Of a stretch of 64,000 bases of DNA, positions 35,517-44,938 are shown one piece after another. The notes under the pieces are model-generated. The model made no database searches, was not told the origin of the DNA, and saw only the letters and a list, made by a program, of their open reading frames with translations. The translations under genes were made by a program, and so were the position numbers. The stretch lies in NCBI GenBank assembly GCA_964370735.1, contig CAYJLC010000004.1:30824-94823 (forward strand), in the 5' to 3' direction. Origin of the DNA: an uncultured Oscillospiraceae bacterium (GTDB lineage: Bacteria > Bacillota > Clostridia > Oscillospirales > Butyricicoccaceae). The number at the start of each line of letters is the position of its first letter. The first letter of the stretch is position 1.

Positions 35517-36542
35517 ATGGGAATTACAAACGATATAGGGATTGACTTAGGTACGGCATCGATTTTAGTTTATGCAAAGGGCAAAGGCGTTATTTTATGC
35601 GAGCCATCTGTTGTGGCTGTGGACAAAACTAACGGTAGAATTTTAAGCGTTGGGCTTGATGCACAAAAAATGTTAGGTAGAACACCTGGAAATATTGTGG
35701 CGATTAGACCACTTCGTGAAGGTGTGATTTCTGACTATGAAATGACAGAAAAAATGATTAAAGAATTTATCAAAAAAGTTCTTGGTTTTAAATTACTTAA
35801 ACCAAATATAGTGGTTTGTGTTCCTTCTATAATCACAGAAGTTGAAGAAAGAGCAGTTATCGACGCGTGTATGCAAGCAGGCGCGAAAAAGGTGTTTTTA
35901 ATCGAAGAACCTGTTGCAGCTGCTATTGGCGCGGGTATCGATATTTCTCAACCTGATGGGCATATGATTGTCGATATTGGTGGTGGTACTACTGATGTTG
36001 CGGTTATTTCTTTAGGTGGTATTGTTGAATCTACTTCAATCAAAATCGCAGGGGATAAGTTTGACGATGCAATTGTTAAATATGTTAGAAAAAAATATAA
36101 TATTTTAATCGGTGATAGAACTGCTGAGCAAATTAAAAAGCAAATCGGCTCGGTTTATAAAGAAGAAGAAAGTGAAAGCATGAATATTCGTGGTAGATGC
36201 CTACTTACTGGTTTACCAAGAGAAATTACTATCACTTCTGATGAAACTATCGAGGCGTTTGAAGAAGTTTCTTCAAGAATGCTTGAGGCAATTCACTCTG
36301 TTTTAGAAAGAACTCCACCAGAACTTGTGTCGGATATTTCTACAAATGGTATACTTATGACAGGTGGTGGCTCGCTAATTAGTGGGTTAGACAGATTAAT
36401 CGAGGCTACTGTTGGCATTAAAACTGCTGTTGCAGAAGATGCGATTTCTTGCGTAGCATTAGGTACAGGCAAATGCCTAGACAACCTAAAAGATATGCAA
36501 GACGGAACTATGAATCTTTCAAGAAGAAAAGAAATGTTTTAA
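35517..36542 (+). CDS. mreB: Rod shape-determining actin homologue MreB/Mbl
   Basis: ..IGIDLGTASILVY.., ..EPSVVA.., ..IEEPVAAAIGAG.. and ..DIGGGTTDVAVIS.. motifs are present. The ATG at 35517 follows AGAGGTG. Confidence 0.9.
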   Translation: MGITNDIGIDLGTASILVYAKGKGVILCEPSVVAVDKTNGRILSVGLDAQKMLGRTPGNIVAIRPLREGVISDYEMTEKMIKEFIKKVLGFKLLKPNIVVCVPSIITEVEERAVIDACMQAGAKKVFLIEEPVAAAIGAGIDISQPDGHMIVDIGGGTTDVAVISLGGIVESTSIKIAGDKFDDAIVKYVRKKYNILIGDRTAEQIKKQIGSVYKEEESESMNIRGRCLLTGLPREITITSDETIEAFEEVSSRMLEAIHSVLERTPPELVSDISTNGILMTGGGSLISGLDRLIEATVGIKTAVAEDAISCVALGTGKCLDNLKDMQDGTMNLSRRKEMF

Positions 36543-36548
36543 TAAAAA

Positions 36549-36579
36549 GGTGCTGTCAAAATACGACAGCACCTTTTTT
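36549..36579. terminator. Bidirectional terminator between mreB and the convergent gene
   Basis: GGTGCTGTC-aaaatac-GACAGCACC is flanked by an A-run on the 5' side and a T-run on the 3' side. Confidence 0.8.
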
Positions 36580-36582
36580 GTG

Positions 36583-37044
36583 TTAAGGCTCAAAAGAAAC
36601 ATTGTTGCGATAATCAACTTTCCTTATAGCCTTTTGCATTTTTTTGCTATAAAAGGATTCAGTTTTATACACTTTCCAAGCACAATTTAATGCAATTTGG
36701 GAAGCATCAGTTAAGTCCGATATATAATTTTTCTCATATAGTTCAAATTTATTGAGTACGTTTATAAGTGGTATTTGATTTTTATTTGTATTTGAGAGGT
36801 ATAACATAATATTAAACTTGATATTTTTAAGAGTTTCTATGTCACGATTACTCTTGTTGTATTCGGTAGCAAATGATAAAAGTAATTCTCGCAGTTCTGT
36901 CATTCGCACTAAACGTTCGTTAGATACATTTTCGATATATGTTTTTCTTTTTGATAAAAAAAGAGAATAAACACTGAAGAAAAGGCTGAAAAAAGAGATT
37001 AAAAACGGTAAAATAAATGATAAATTTTCAAAAATAAATTCCAT
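36583..37044 (-). CDS. Hypothetical single-pass membrane protein
   Basis: The start at 37044 (MEFIFENLSF..) follows GGAGGT. It has one N-terminal TM. I recognised no motif. It is very AT-rich and bracketed by terminators. Confidence 0.5.
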   Translation of the reverse strand: MEFIFENLSFILPFLISFFSLFFSVYSLFLSKRKTYIENVSNERLVRMTELRELLLSFATEYNKSNRDIETLKNIKFNIMLYLSNTNKNQIPLINVLNKFELYEKNYISDLTDASQIALNCAWKVYKTESFYSKKMQKAIRKVDYRNNVSFEP

Positions 37045-37112
37045 ACTGACCTCCAATAAAATAAAATTAATATATATAAAGATTATCATATTTTACATAT
37101 TTTGTCAAATTA

Positions 37113-37141
37113 CAAAAAAAGCTGTCATATTAGACAGCTTT
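37113..37141 (-). terminator. Terminator after apgM
   Basis: On the - strand: AGCTGTC-taatat-GACAGCT followed by TTTTTTT. Confidence 0.75.
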
Positions 37142-37145
37142 TAGT

Positions 37146-38357
37146 TTATTTTTTTGTAAAATCGCCCATGATATTGAATGCGTCATCATAGAAATTTCCT
37201 GTTTCTTTGGCAGAATCTTCGTCGAATCTTTCTACTCCAGCTACTTTATTTGCACTGTCATAAATTAAATACGGAATTGGGTCTGCTGTGTGTGTACGAA
37301 GGACAATCGGAGTTGCGTGGTCTGGCATGATTAAGATTTTATAATCTTCACCAGTTTCATCTAATGCCTTTTTCACTCTAGGAAGAATTTCTTCGTCGAT
37401 ATGTTCGATAGATTTTACTTTTAGTTCAGTGTCACCGTCGTGTCCACATTCGTCTGGCGCTTCGATATGTACAAATAAAAATTCATCGCCATTTTTGATA
37501 GCATTTGCACCAGCTTCGCCTTTTCCAGCATAATTTGTATCATAATCCCCAGTTGCGCCTTCAACTTCGATTACATTTAGTCCAATTCCTCTTGCGATAC
37601 CTTGAATTAGTGGAACTGCTGTGATAACCGAACCAGAAACATTGTATTTTTCTTTGAATAAAGTGAATTTCGGCTTTGTTCCTTCGCCCCATAACCAAAT
37701 GCTGTTTGCAGGCTCTAGCCCTTTTTCCATACGACGGATATTTACAGGGTGTGCCATAAGAAGGTCGTAAGAACGCTTCATCATATCGATAACTTTTTCA
37801 GAATAAGCACCTTTTGGCATATATTCAGTGATTTTTTGTCCTAAAATATCGTGTGGAGGTGTCATTGTGTAGTCGTAATTTATATTTTTCCACGTCATAA
37901 TATGACGGTAGCTAACGCCACGATAAAAAGAAAGTTCATCTGAAGAAAACTCATCTTTTAGTGCATCAATAAGCTCATACGCCTCTTCATTTGTAATTTT
38001 GCCACCACTATGGTCTAATATTGTTTTATTTTCAAAAGGAACATCATCAGTAGAAATAGTTACTAAATTCAGTCTAAAAACAGTGTCATTATCGAAAAGT
38101 TCTATATCTAAGCCTAGCGCTTCGATAGGAGAACGACCAGTATAAGCCTCGTGCGCGTCATAGCCTAAAACGGACATATTTGCAACATCACTACCTTTTG
38201 GTAAATCATCGTATAGGGTGATAGCTAAACCTTGTGTACCCTCTTTGGCTAAAGCGTCCATGTTGGGCTTTTTTGCAACCATCATAGGAGTTTTGTTACC
38301 AAGTTCTTCTATTTTATAGTCAGCCATGCCATCGCATAAAATAACTGCATATCTCAT
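37146..38357 (-). CDS. apgM: Cofactor-independent phosphoglycerate mutase, ApgM (archaeal) type
   Basis: MRYAVILCDGMADY..LGNKTP..AKKPNMD.. N-terminus. Metalloenzyme-superfamily motifs ..HIEAPDECGHDGD.. and ..MPDHATP.. are present. Confidence 0.8.
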   Translation of the reverse strand: MRYAVILCDGMADYKIEELGNKTPMMVAKKPNMDALAKEGTQGLAITLYDDLPKGSDVANMSVLGYDAHEAYTGRSPIEALGLDIELFDNDTVFRLNLVTISTDDVPFENKTILDHSGGKITNEEAYELIDALKDEFSSDELSFYRGVSYRHIMTWKNINYDYTMTPPHDILGQKITEYMPKGAYSEKVIDMMKRSYDLLMAHPVNIRRMEKGLEPANSIWLWGEGTKPKFTLFKEKYNVSGSVITAVPLIQGIARGIGLNVIEVEGATGDYDTNYAGKGEAGANAIKNGDEFLFVHIEAPDECGHDGDTELKVKSIEHIDEEILPRVKKALDETGEDYKILIMPDHATPIVLRTHTADPIPYLIYDSANKVAGVERFDEDSAKETGNFYDDAFNIMGDFTKK

Positions 38358-38455
38358 TTAATTTCTCCTTTATTAATTTAATATGATAAATTATAACATA
38401 AATGAACGGAAAAATCAACCTGTTAAATGTTAAATATTTTGTCAAATTTTCGCTA

Positions 38456-38812
38456 TTATTTAGGTAATTTTTTTGTAAAAACCAATTTTGACCCAATAAT
38501 TATAAGAATTACACCTAGAATTTTTCTCAAAATGCTAGTGTCTATATTGTTTGCTAGAAATCCAAAGGCTATTGTCGAGAAAATACCAGATATAGTGCAG
38601 TGAACCATTGCTTTTTTGTCTACAAGCTTATTTTTTAGGTGAAAAAATAGCGCTGGGCTTGCAGAAAACACAAAATATGTGAGATTTATTCCTTGAGATA
38701 CGATTTGCGAAACACCAAGAACCATAGTGAGATACAAAATAAAAATACTCCCACCACCAATTCCAAATCCAGAAAGTATTCCGAAAAGAACGCCTAAAAT
38801 AAAATTTATCAT
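38456..38812 (-). CDS. TauE/SafE (TSUP) family half-size membrane protein, second half
   Basis: MINFILGVLFGILSGFGIGGGSIFI.. is present. Its ATG overlaps the stop of the upstream half-gene (ATGA). Confidence 0.7.
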   Translation of the reverse strand: MINFILGVLFGILSGFGIGGGSIFILYLTMVLGVSQIVSQGINLTYFVFSASPALFFHLKNKLVDKKAMVHCTISGIFSTIAFGFLANNIDTSILRKILGVILIIIGSKLVFTKKLPK

Positions 38813-39147
38813 AAAAGACTTCGTATACCTCCATAGATTATAACTGCACCTAGAAAGCGTTTTAGCCATAAAATAGGAACTTTTTTAAAGACTTTGCCTG
38901 AAATTATTCCACCGAAAAAACCACCGAGCAAAAAGGGGAGTGCTAGGTTTAAATCGAAGTTTCCATTGTAAATATAAATGCCACTAGAGATTATAGATAA
39001 TGGTAAAATTATCGAAATTGACGTTGCAAATGCGTTTTGTTGTTCTAATTTTCCAAATTTTATTAGCAAAGGAATTAAAATCATTCCACCAAAAGCACCG
39101 AAAAATCCATTTATTGCACCGACTAGCGCTCCGATTAAAAAATACAT
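38809..39147 (-). CDS. TauE/SafE (TSUP) family half-size membrane protein, first half
   Basis: MYFLIGALVGAINGFFGAFGGMILIPLL.. is present. Length is 112 aa with 4 TM. Confidence 0.7.
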   Translation of the reverse strand: MYFLIGALVGAINGFFGAFGGMILIPLLIKFGKLEQQNAFATSISIILPLSIISSGIYIYNGNFDLNLALPFLLGGFFGGIISGKVFKKVPILWLKRFLGAVIIYGGIRSLL

Positions 39148-39253
39148 AAAATCACCTCATAAATATCTTGTGCAAAATTAAGTAATTTATGTAAATTTAT
39201 AAAAAAATCGACATTACCTAATAGGTAGTGTCGATTTTATGTATGAATTAGTG

Positions 39254-40318
39254 TTAACGAATAACAGTTACACCGTTTGTGTCATTTTCGATTTTATAAA
39301 CAGCAGAATTATCAAGAGCCACAAGATACGAGCCGACAATATTGCTAGTGCCTTTTTCATAAACATTAATTCTAGCGGCAGTTGAACCTTCGATAAGTGC
39401 AATTCCGTCTTCAAATAATATTTCAAAATCTTCCATGCTTTCGCCTGTTAAGCCTAGTTCAGACGGAGTAAATGAGCGAATTATATCGATAGTGTCGTCG
39501 ACAGATAGAGCGTCGACAGGCTCACGCCCAGAGCTTGCCGTTTCGCTTTCAGCAACAAAAAGCGCACCCTCTTCAAATTTAGGGTTTATATCGATAATTA
39601 TATTATTTGCAAGGATTTCAAGTACATAACTTCCGTTTAAACTTTCATTATTTTTGGCAAGAAACAGAGAGGTAGTAGTGTCACTAGGCACTGTTTCTAG
39701 CGTAACAAATATATCAGAAAAAACATCGGAATCAGGTATTTCATCAGAGAAAACCAGCGGAGTAAATCCTTCGGCTTTCATAATTTCGATATATTCATTT
39801 AAAAGCTCGATATTATTTTCAATTGACGAGTAGGTTATGTTAATCGAATTATTGTTATCATGAGAATATGCAAGCCAATAATATTCGGTAGGAAATGTTT
39901 CTAATGTGTTGAAAGCAGGAACAGTTATGTCATAAATCGCATAAGTTTCTGGAATTTCCGTAGGAATTTCGATATCTCCACGCGTAAAATCGTCGATTAA
40001 TGATTGGAGTTCTGCATTTAGTTCATCGTCTGTCATCTCGGTGCTATCATCTTCGACATCAGTAACATCTTCACCGTCAGTAACATCTTCGGTAGGCTCG
40101 TCGGTTTCAGTCGTGTCTTCTGTCACGTCTGTCGGGTCTTCGGAAGATGTGTCTTCACCACCTGTTTCCTCGTCACCTGTTTCCTCACCATCAGTTTCGC
40201 CTTCGACAGTTTCAGTAATCTCGTCGGTAGGCGTTTCTTCTGTTGCTGCATCTCCACCACCACATCCATAAAGGAAAAGTGATATGATTGCAAGCATAAT
40301 TATATATTTTTTATTCAT
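39254..40318 (-). CDS. Lipoprotein with a highly acidic Thr/Glu/Asp-rich linker
   Basis: MNKKYIIMLAIISLFLYGC contains a lipobox. About 90 aa of E/D/T-rich low complexity follow, then a globular C-terminal region. The start overlaps the upstream gene by 8 nt. Confidence 0.65.
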   Translation of the reverse strand: MNKKYIIMLAIISLFLYGCGGGDAATEETPTDEITETVEGETDGEETGDEETGGEDTSSEDPTDVTEDTTETDEPTEDVTDGEDVTDVEDDSTEMTDDELNAELQSLIDDFTRGDIEIPTEIPETYAIYDITVPAFNTLETFPTEYYWLAYSHDNNNSINITYSSIENNIELLNEYIEIMKAEGFTPLVFSDEIPDSDVFSDIFVTLETVPSDTTTSLFLAKNNESLNGSYVLEILANNIIIDINPKFEEGALFVAESETASSGREPVDALSVDDTIDIIRSFTPSELGLTGESMEDFEILFEDGIALIEGSTAARINVYEKGTSNIVGSYLVALDNSAVYKIENDTNGVTVIR

Positions 40319-42161
40319 TGTACCCCTCGGTTTCATCTTCGTAGCAAATTCTGATTTTGTCACCACTAACTAAAATATGTGTGAATGGTCGGTCTTCATC
40401 GTTTACAGTGATTATAACACGTTTTGAGATATTGCCAAAATCAAGCCCCGAATATTCTAATAAATCCATGACGAAATATGGAGAACCATCGTCTTTTCCG
40501 TCTAAATCTAGTGGATTATCATTTAAAAAGAATGAGTATGCAGTTTTTGCGATTGGTTTCTCTGGTTGTGTATCAGCAGATTTTTCCACAGTTTTTTTGC
40601 TTGATTCCGAATTGTATTCCAGTTTAACCGAAGAATTTGTCGGAATTTGGCTGTCTTCATCTAGCAAATTATCGTCTAAAATTACTCCATAAGCATCGAA
40701 CATATCCATTAATTGATAGGCAAAAACTATATTATTTTCGCCAGTTTTTGCAGGAATAAAAGTAATTTTATCGCCAGTGTTTACAATATCGGATAATTTC
40801 GCTACTTTTCCGTTGATTTTAAGCTCCGAAGGAGTTGCAGGAGCACCATGGAACACTTTTTTCTTTCCGTCAATTTCAATAATAGTCGACGAACCACTTT
40901 TGCCGATAAAGTCCATATAAGTGTGTCCATTCATCATAAGAAGTTCTAAAACAGTAACTGTACCATTACGGAACAATTTCGCTTGCGCTCCGTTTAATGT
41001 AACGTGATAGCTTTCGCTTAAAAGGTTTAGCCCTGTCGAAATTGCAATGCCTAGAGGCGTGGTATATTCTGGGTCTTCAAGGTCGAAATTATCAGAATAT
41101 GCACTGTTTTTAAAGTGGCCACCGGCAATAGCGACCCTTCTGTCGTCCATTTCAAGCGATTTTGCAACTTCCTCACGAAGTCCTGAAAGTTTACTGCCAC
41201 CACCAGCTAAAAACACTGCGGACGGAGTGCCATTATTTATTTGTGAAATTCTGTCGGCGATTTCTTTTGCAAGGTTTTTCGAGGCGCTTTCAAGGATTTT
41301 TGTGATTTCATTTTGCTTTAAACTTTGCTCAAATCCTAAAATATCTGTAAAACGAATTTCTTCGGATTTTCCGATTTGCATTTTAATATGCTCGGCAGTG
41401 TTATAGTCGACAAGCAGGTTTTTCATAAGTGTTTCGGAGATTTCATCGCCAGCAACCGTCGCCATTGTATAGCCGACAACAGCTCCGTCTTTGCAAATCG
41501 CAATATCGGAAGTACCAGCACCAATATCAACTAAAGCGAGGTTTAAAAGCCTTAAATCCTTTGGAATTGCCGCATTTAACGCTGCAATAGGCTCTAAAGT
41601 TAGAGTGTCGATTTCTAAATTTGACGCACGCATAACAGCATATAGGCTGTCGATAACTTCGCTCGGTAGAAAAGTTGCCAAAACAGAAACTTCAAAATTC
41701 TGCCCTGTGTGTCCTTTCATATTCGAGATAGGGTAGCCGTCTAATAGGTTTTTTACAACGGTATAGCCGACTAAAAACATACGTTTATCTGTATTTGTTA
41801 ATTTCTCCTCTGCATTTGAAACTGCCATAGCCTCAAGAGAAGTTATTCTATCGTCATTAATAATTTCAGGGGCTTTTAACTCTAAAGATGCGCTACCTGA
41901 TTGGGTTTTTAAAGCACGTCCTGCGGCTGCAACACAAGCTTTTTTAAGCTTTGTTCCTAGCCTTTTTTCTAAAATTTCAGTGACTTCGCGAACAGCTTTT
42001 GCCACTTGTTCGATGTCTTCAATTTGACCATCTTTCATTGCACGTTTAGAATGAGGTTTTTTCTCGATATGAGTTATGGAAACTTTTTCGCCATTTTTAG
42101 TGGCAATCATTCCTATAATATTTCTAGTGCCTATATCTAAAGCGTAAATGATATCTTCCAT
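40311..42161 (-). CDS. FtsA/PilM-like actin-fold ATPase with a ~230-aa C-terminal extension
   Basis: ..YALDIGTRNIIGM.., ..LALVDIGAGTSDIA.. and ..VFLAGGGSKLSGL.. phosphate-binding motifs are present. The C-terminal part has two ..GDKITFIP / GDKIRICY segments suggestive of small beta-grasp-like modules. Confidence 0.65.
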   Translation of the reverse strand: MEDIIYALDIGTRNIIGMIATKNGEKVSITHIEKKPHSKRAMKDGQIEDIEQVAKAVREVTEILEKRLGTKLKKACVAAAGRALKTQSGSASLELKAPEIINDDRITSLEAMAVSNAEEKLTNTDKRMFLVGYTVVKNLLDGYPISNMKGHTGQNFEVSVLATFLPSEVIDSLYAVMRASNLEIDTLTLEPIAALNAAIPKDLRLLNLALVDIGAGTSDIAICKDGAVVGYTMATVAGDEISETLMKNLLVDYNTAEHIKMQIGKSEEIRFTDILGFEQSLKQNEITKILESASKNLAKEIADRISQINNGTPSAVFLAGGGSKLSGLREEVAKSLEMDDRRVAIAGGHFKNSAYSDNFDLEDPEYTTPLGIAISTGLNLLSESYHVTLNGAQAKLFRNGTVTVLELLMMNGHTYMDFIGKSGSSTIIEIDGKKKVFHGAPATPSELKINGKVAKLSDIVNTGDKITFIPAKTGENNIVFAYQLMDMFDAYGVILDDNLLDEDSQIPTNSSVKLEYNSESSKKTVEKSADTQPEKPIAKTAYSFFLNDNPLDLDGKDDGSPYFVMDLLEYSGLDFGNISKRVIITVNDEDRPFTHILVSGDKIRICYEDETEGYNE

Positions 42162-42282
42162 AGTTAAATCACCTTTTCAAAAAATTACATATATAATAAT
42201 TATACTATAAACAGTGCTTAATTTCAAGGTTTATTTCGATATTAAACTGATATCTGCTTTAGTATAATGAAATTTTGTATTG

Positions 42283-42308
42283 AAAAAGGACGGAAAATCC
42301 GTCCTTTA
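42283..42308 (-). terminator. Terminator after the yjfB-like gene
   Basis: On the - strand: AAGGACGG-atttt-CCGTCCTT followed by TTTC. Confidence 0.7.
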
Positions 42309-42312
42309 AAAA

Positions 42313-42489
42313 TTATGCGTAAGTGTCGATGTATTTGCCTAGTTTTGGAATATCATTCATCATTTCGATAAGATTATTTGCAATAACTTCTTGACTATCC
42401 ATCGTTTCTTTTGTCATTGCAAGAGATAAACCTTGGGTAACTTGCGCCTGAGCCATGCTCATAGAGGCAAGGGCTATGCTATCCATCAT
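42313..42489 (-). CDS. YjfB-like putative motility protein (58 aa; below the ORF-track cutoff)
   Basis: Hand translation: MMDSIALASMSMAQAQVTQGLSLAMTKETMDSQEVIANNLIEMMNDIPKLGKYIDTYA. GGAGGA lies 7 nt upstream. The pattern matches the YjfB_motility family as I recall it. Confidence 0.7.
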   Translation of the reverse strand: MMDSIALASMSMAQAQVTQGLSLAMTKETMDSQEVIANNLIEMMNDIPKLGKYIDTYA

Positions 42490-42501
42490 ATAAATTTCCT
42501 C

Positions 42502-42720
42502 CTATTTTCCTAAAAATGCATTTAACACATTTTCGTCGATATCAGCCGATGCTAAGTTTACATCGGTAGCTTGTTTTAGTTCACTTCGCAAAATCAGCAC
42601 GTCTTTTGGTGCATCTATGCCTATGTTTACTTTTCCGTTTGGGTCGATTGATACAATTTTAATGCTAATATCATCGCCGATTAAAAGTGAATCTCCGACT
42701 TTTCTTTTTAAAACTAACAT
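42502..42720 (-). CDS. csrA: Carbon storage regulator CsrA
   Basis: MLVLKRKVGDSLLIGDDISIKIVSI..IGIDAPKDVLILRSEL is present. Confidence 0.95.
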   Translation of the reverse strand: MLVLKRKVGDSLLIGDDISIKIVSIDPNGKVNIGIDAPKDVLILRSELKQATDVNLASADIDENVLNAFLGK

Positions 42721-42722
42721 AG

Positions 42723-43163
42723 TTACACCCCATTTTTAAATTCTGATAATTTATGACGCATATTTAATTCCGTACTGTCTAAAATAACTTGGCAAGCAAT
42801 TCTAAGCTCGTCATTTATAACAATTGGGCATTTTAAATTAACCGTACTATCAGAAACAGGGTCGCGAACAACGCAAAAAACATAGTAACATAAGTCTTCG
42901 CTTTTAGATGCTTTCATATAAGAAAGCTCGTCTTCTTGCAAAATAGGCGCATAAGACGGGTTTAACGAAAACGGATTCATTGAAACAAAAGCAAGCGATG
43001 GTGTTTTTAAGCTTTGAAAACAAAGTAGATTTGTGCTACTGTCACCAAAAGGCAAAAGCAAAAATTCATGCTCGTCTTCAAAACCGAAAATTCCGTTTGG
43101 AAAAGATAGAACATCGCTGTTATCATAGTCTATCATTCCAAAATATTTTGTATTTGTTGTCAT
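42723..43163 (-). CDS. fliW: Flagellar assembly factor FliW
   Basis: ..FPNGIFGFEDEHEFLLLPF.. is present. It lies immediately upstream of csrA. Confidence 0.9.
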   Translation of the reverse strand: MTTNTKYFGMIDYDNSDVLSFPNGIFGFEDEHEFLLLPFGDSSTNLLCFQSLKTPSLAFVSMNPFSLNPSYAPILQEDELSYMKASKSEDLCYYVFCVVRDPVSDSTVNLKCPIVINDELRIACQVILDSTELNMRHKLSEFKNGV

Positions 43164-43165
43164 TA

Positions 43166-43774
43166 TTAAGCCTCCACAGAGAATTTTGGCTCGTAGTCAG
43201 GTGCTGAAGATGGAGGTACATAGATAGGGGAACCGACATAGTTTATAATGATTTCTGGCTGTTGAGTCACTGTAAACTCGATGTCACCAGGGGTAAATTC
43301 CATGTCAAATTGGTTCATTCGCCAGTCGAAATTCAGTTTGTCCATTTCATATTGGATAGACAAATCGCCACCCTCAAAACTTATTTCTGGAGGAACATCT
43401 GGTAGAAACTTTACATTTACATTCGAAAGTGTTCCGATAGTATCGCGTTTTGCAAGCTCGGCTGTGACATTTTGCCCAACCTTTGCTTTAAGTAGCATTT
43501 TACCGTCGTTAACTGTCGCAGATGTAGCCTCGTAGGCGCTTTGTATTCCGTTATCAGCTGCCTGCTCGATATTACTTACAGTTGTAGGCACTATTGAGTT
43601 TCTAGCCTCAAAAGTGTCAATATTTACTTTAATAGGACGGCTTTTGATTTTTAAACCACCACTATCGGTTGAAACCTCTAGCTCTGCAGAACCAGATGCA
43701 TATTTAATTTCTGCATGCTTTGTTTTCATTTGAATTTCAATTGGAACTGTTTTTATTTCAATTAATGGATACAT
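43166..43774 (-). CDS. DUF6470/YviE-like protein of the late flagellar operon
   Basis: It sits between flgL and fliW, as yviE does in Bacillus. The N-terminus is MYPLIEIKTVPIEIQMKT... Confidence 0.5.
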   Translation of the reverse strand: MYPLIEIKTVPIEIQMKTKHAEIKYASGSAELEVSTDSGGLKIKSRPIKVNIDTFEARNSIVPTTVSNIEQAADNGIQSAYEATSATVNDGKMLLKAKVGQNVTAELAKRDTIGTLSNVNVKFLPDVPPEISFEGGDLSIQYEMDKLNFDWRMNQFDMEFTPGDIEFTVTQQPEIIINYVGSPIYVPPSSAPDYEPKFSVEA

Positions 43775-43811
43775 ACTCTAATCCCCTTTACTAAAAGTAT
43801 AATGACTTGCG

Positions 43812-44924
43812 CTATCTCATGTAATCAAAAAGTGTGTCTGGAATTACACTATTTCCCATGCTTAAAGCCGCGTTATAGATTGTTTGAGCCCAAGAAAGTT
43901 CAGAAATTGCGTCTGCTAAATCCACATCTTCGATATATGCACGCTCTGAATTCAGCGATTCAAAGGTGTCTTCTAGAATTTTAGTAGAAGTTTCTAATAC
44001 TTTAACGTCTGCTGAAAGTTCGGCATGCTTTTCAATCATGCTTTCTTGTGAAGTTTGAAATCCTGTTACAAGAGAATTAGCTGTATCAAATTTTCCACCC
44101 CATTCGTCGGCCCTAGTTTCGTCATAGCTTTCAAAAATATCTGCAAGACGGAACATAGTAGAAACCACGTCTTTTGGGTTTCCGTCGGCATCTAATCCAT
44201 AGCCTAGAAACTCTATGCCAGAAATAGCAGCATTATAGGCAGTATCAGGTAAAACATCGCCATTGTCATCGACAGCAAAGCCAAGACCGATATCGATGTG
44301 CATGCTTTCTTGATTCCATTTATCAAGCATTTCTAAGTTTGTATAATTGCCAGCAGTAGGGTCGGCAGGGTCTTTTGGAATAGTGTTTCCGTCTGCATCA
44401 ACATAGTCTAAATCAAGGTCAGCATCAAGCATAACACCACGATAAGCAAGGTGGCTAAGTCCTTCTGCATCCTCGACTATGCTAAATGGAGGATTTTGAG
44501 TGTCTGCACCTGCAAAAATATAGTCACTTTCATATTGTGCGTTTAACGATTGCACGATTGCTTCTGCACCCGAGCGAAGTGATTGTGCTTGGTATTCTAA
44601 ATTGTCAAGATTTGTGCCATTAAGCCCTTGTAAAGCTGGCACAGTACCAAATTCATTGGCAAGGTCATCGACAACAGTTTCCATATTTGACCACGCAGAT
44701 TGGAATTTACCTGTTGCAGATTCAATATTTGAAAGTTGAGCATTGATTTCATTAGCCGAGCTATGAATTTTAAATGCCCTTGTAGCACCAGCAGGATCTT
44801 CAGCAAAAGAACTGAAATTTCTACCTGATAATACTTGCTCTATCGAGCTATTTAGGTTTGCAGTTACACCAGATAAATTCGATTTATAAGTGTAAAGTGT
44901 ACCCCTTGTTGTAACACGCATCAT
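43812..44924 (-). CDS. flgL: Flagellar hook-associated protein 3 (FlgL)
   Basis: It has a flagellin-like N-terminus (MRVTTRGTLYT..) and C-terminus (..AQTIYNAALSMGNSVIPDTLFDYMR). It lies downstream of flgK. Confidence 0.85.
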   Translation of the reverse strand: MMRVTTRGTLYTYKSNLSGVTANLNSSIEQVLSGRNFSSFAEDPAGATRAFKIHSSANEINAQLSNIESATGKFQSAWSNMETVVDDLANEFGTVPALQGLNGTNLDNLEYQAQSLRSGAEAIVQSLNAQYESDYIFAGADTQNPPFSIVEDAEGLSHLAYRGVMLDADLDLDYVDADGNTIPKDPADPTAGNYTNLEMLDKWNQESMHIDIGLGFAVDDNGDVLPDTAYNAAISGIEFLGYGLDADGNPKDVVSTMFRLADIFESYDETRADEWGGKFDTANSLVTGFQTSQESMIEKHAELSADVKVLETSTKILEDTFESLNSERAYIEDVDLADAISELSWAQTIYNAALSMGNSVIPDTLFDYMR

Positions 44925-44938
44925 ATTAAATAGCCTCC

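Noticed and set aside
38456-39147. The split TauE genes considered as a frameshifted pseudogene.
   Set aside because: The junction is a clean ATGA start/stop overlap. Each half has an intact N-terminal GxGGG-type motif. It is kept as two genes, but see the finding for how to verify.
40041-40271. A 76-aa Ser/Val-rich plus-strand ORF.
   Set aside because: It is the antisense reading of the Glu/Asp/Thr-rich linker of the lipoprotein gene on the minus strand, so it is a compositional artefact.
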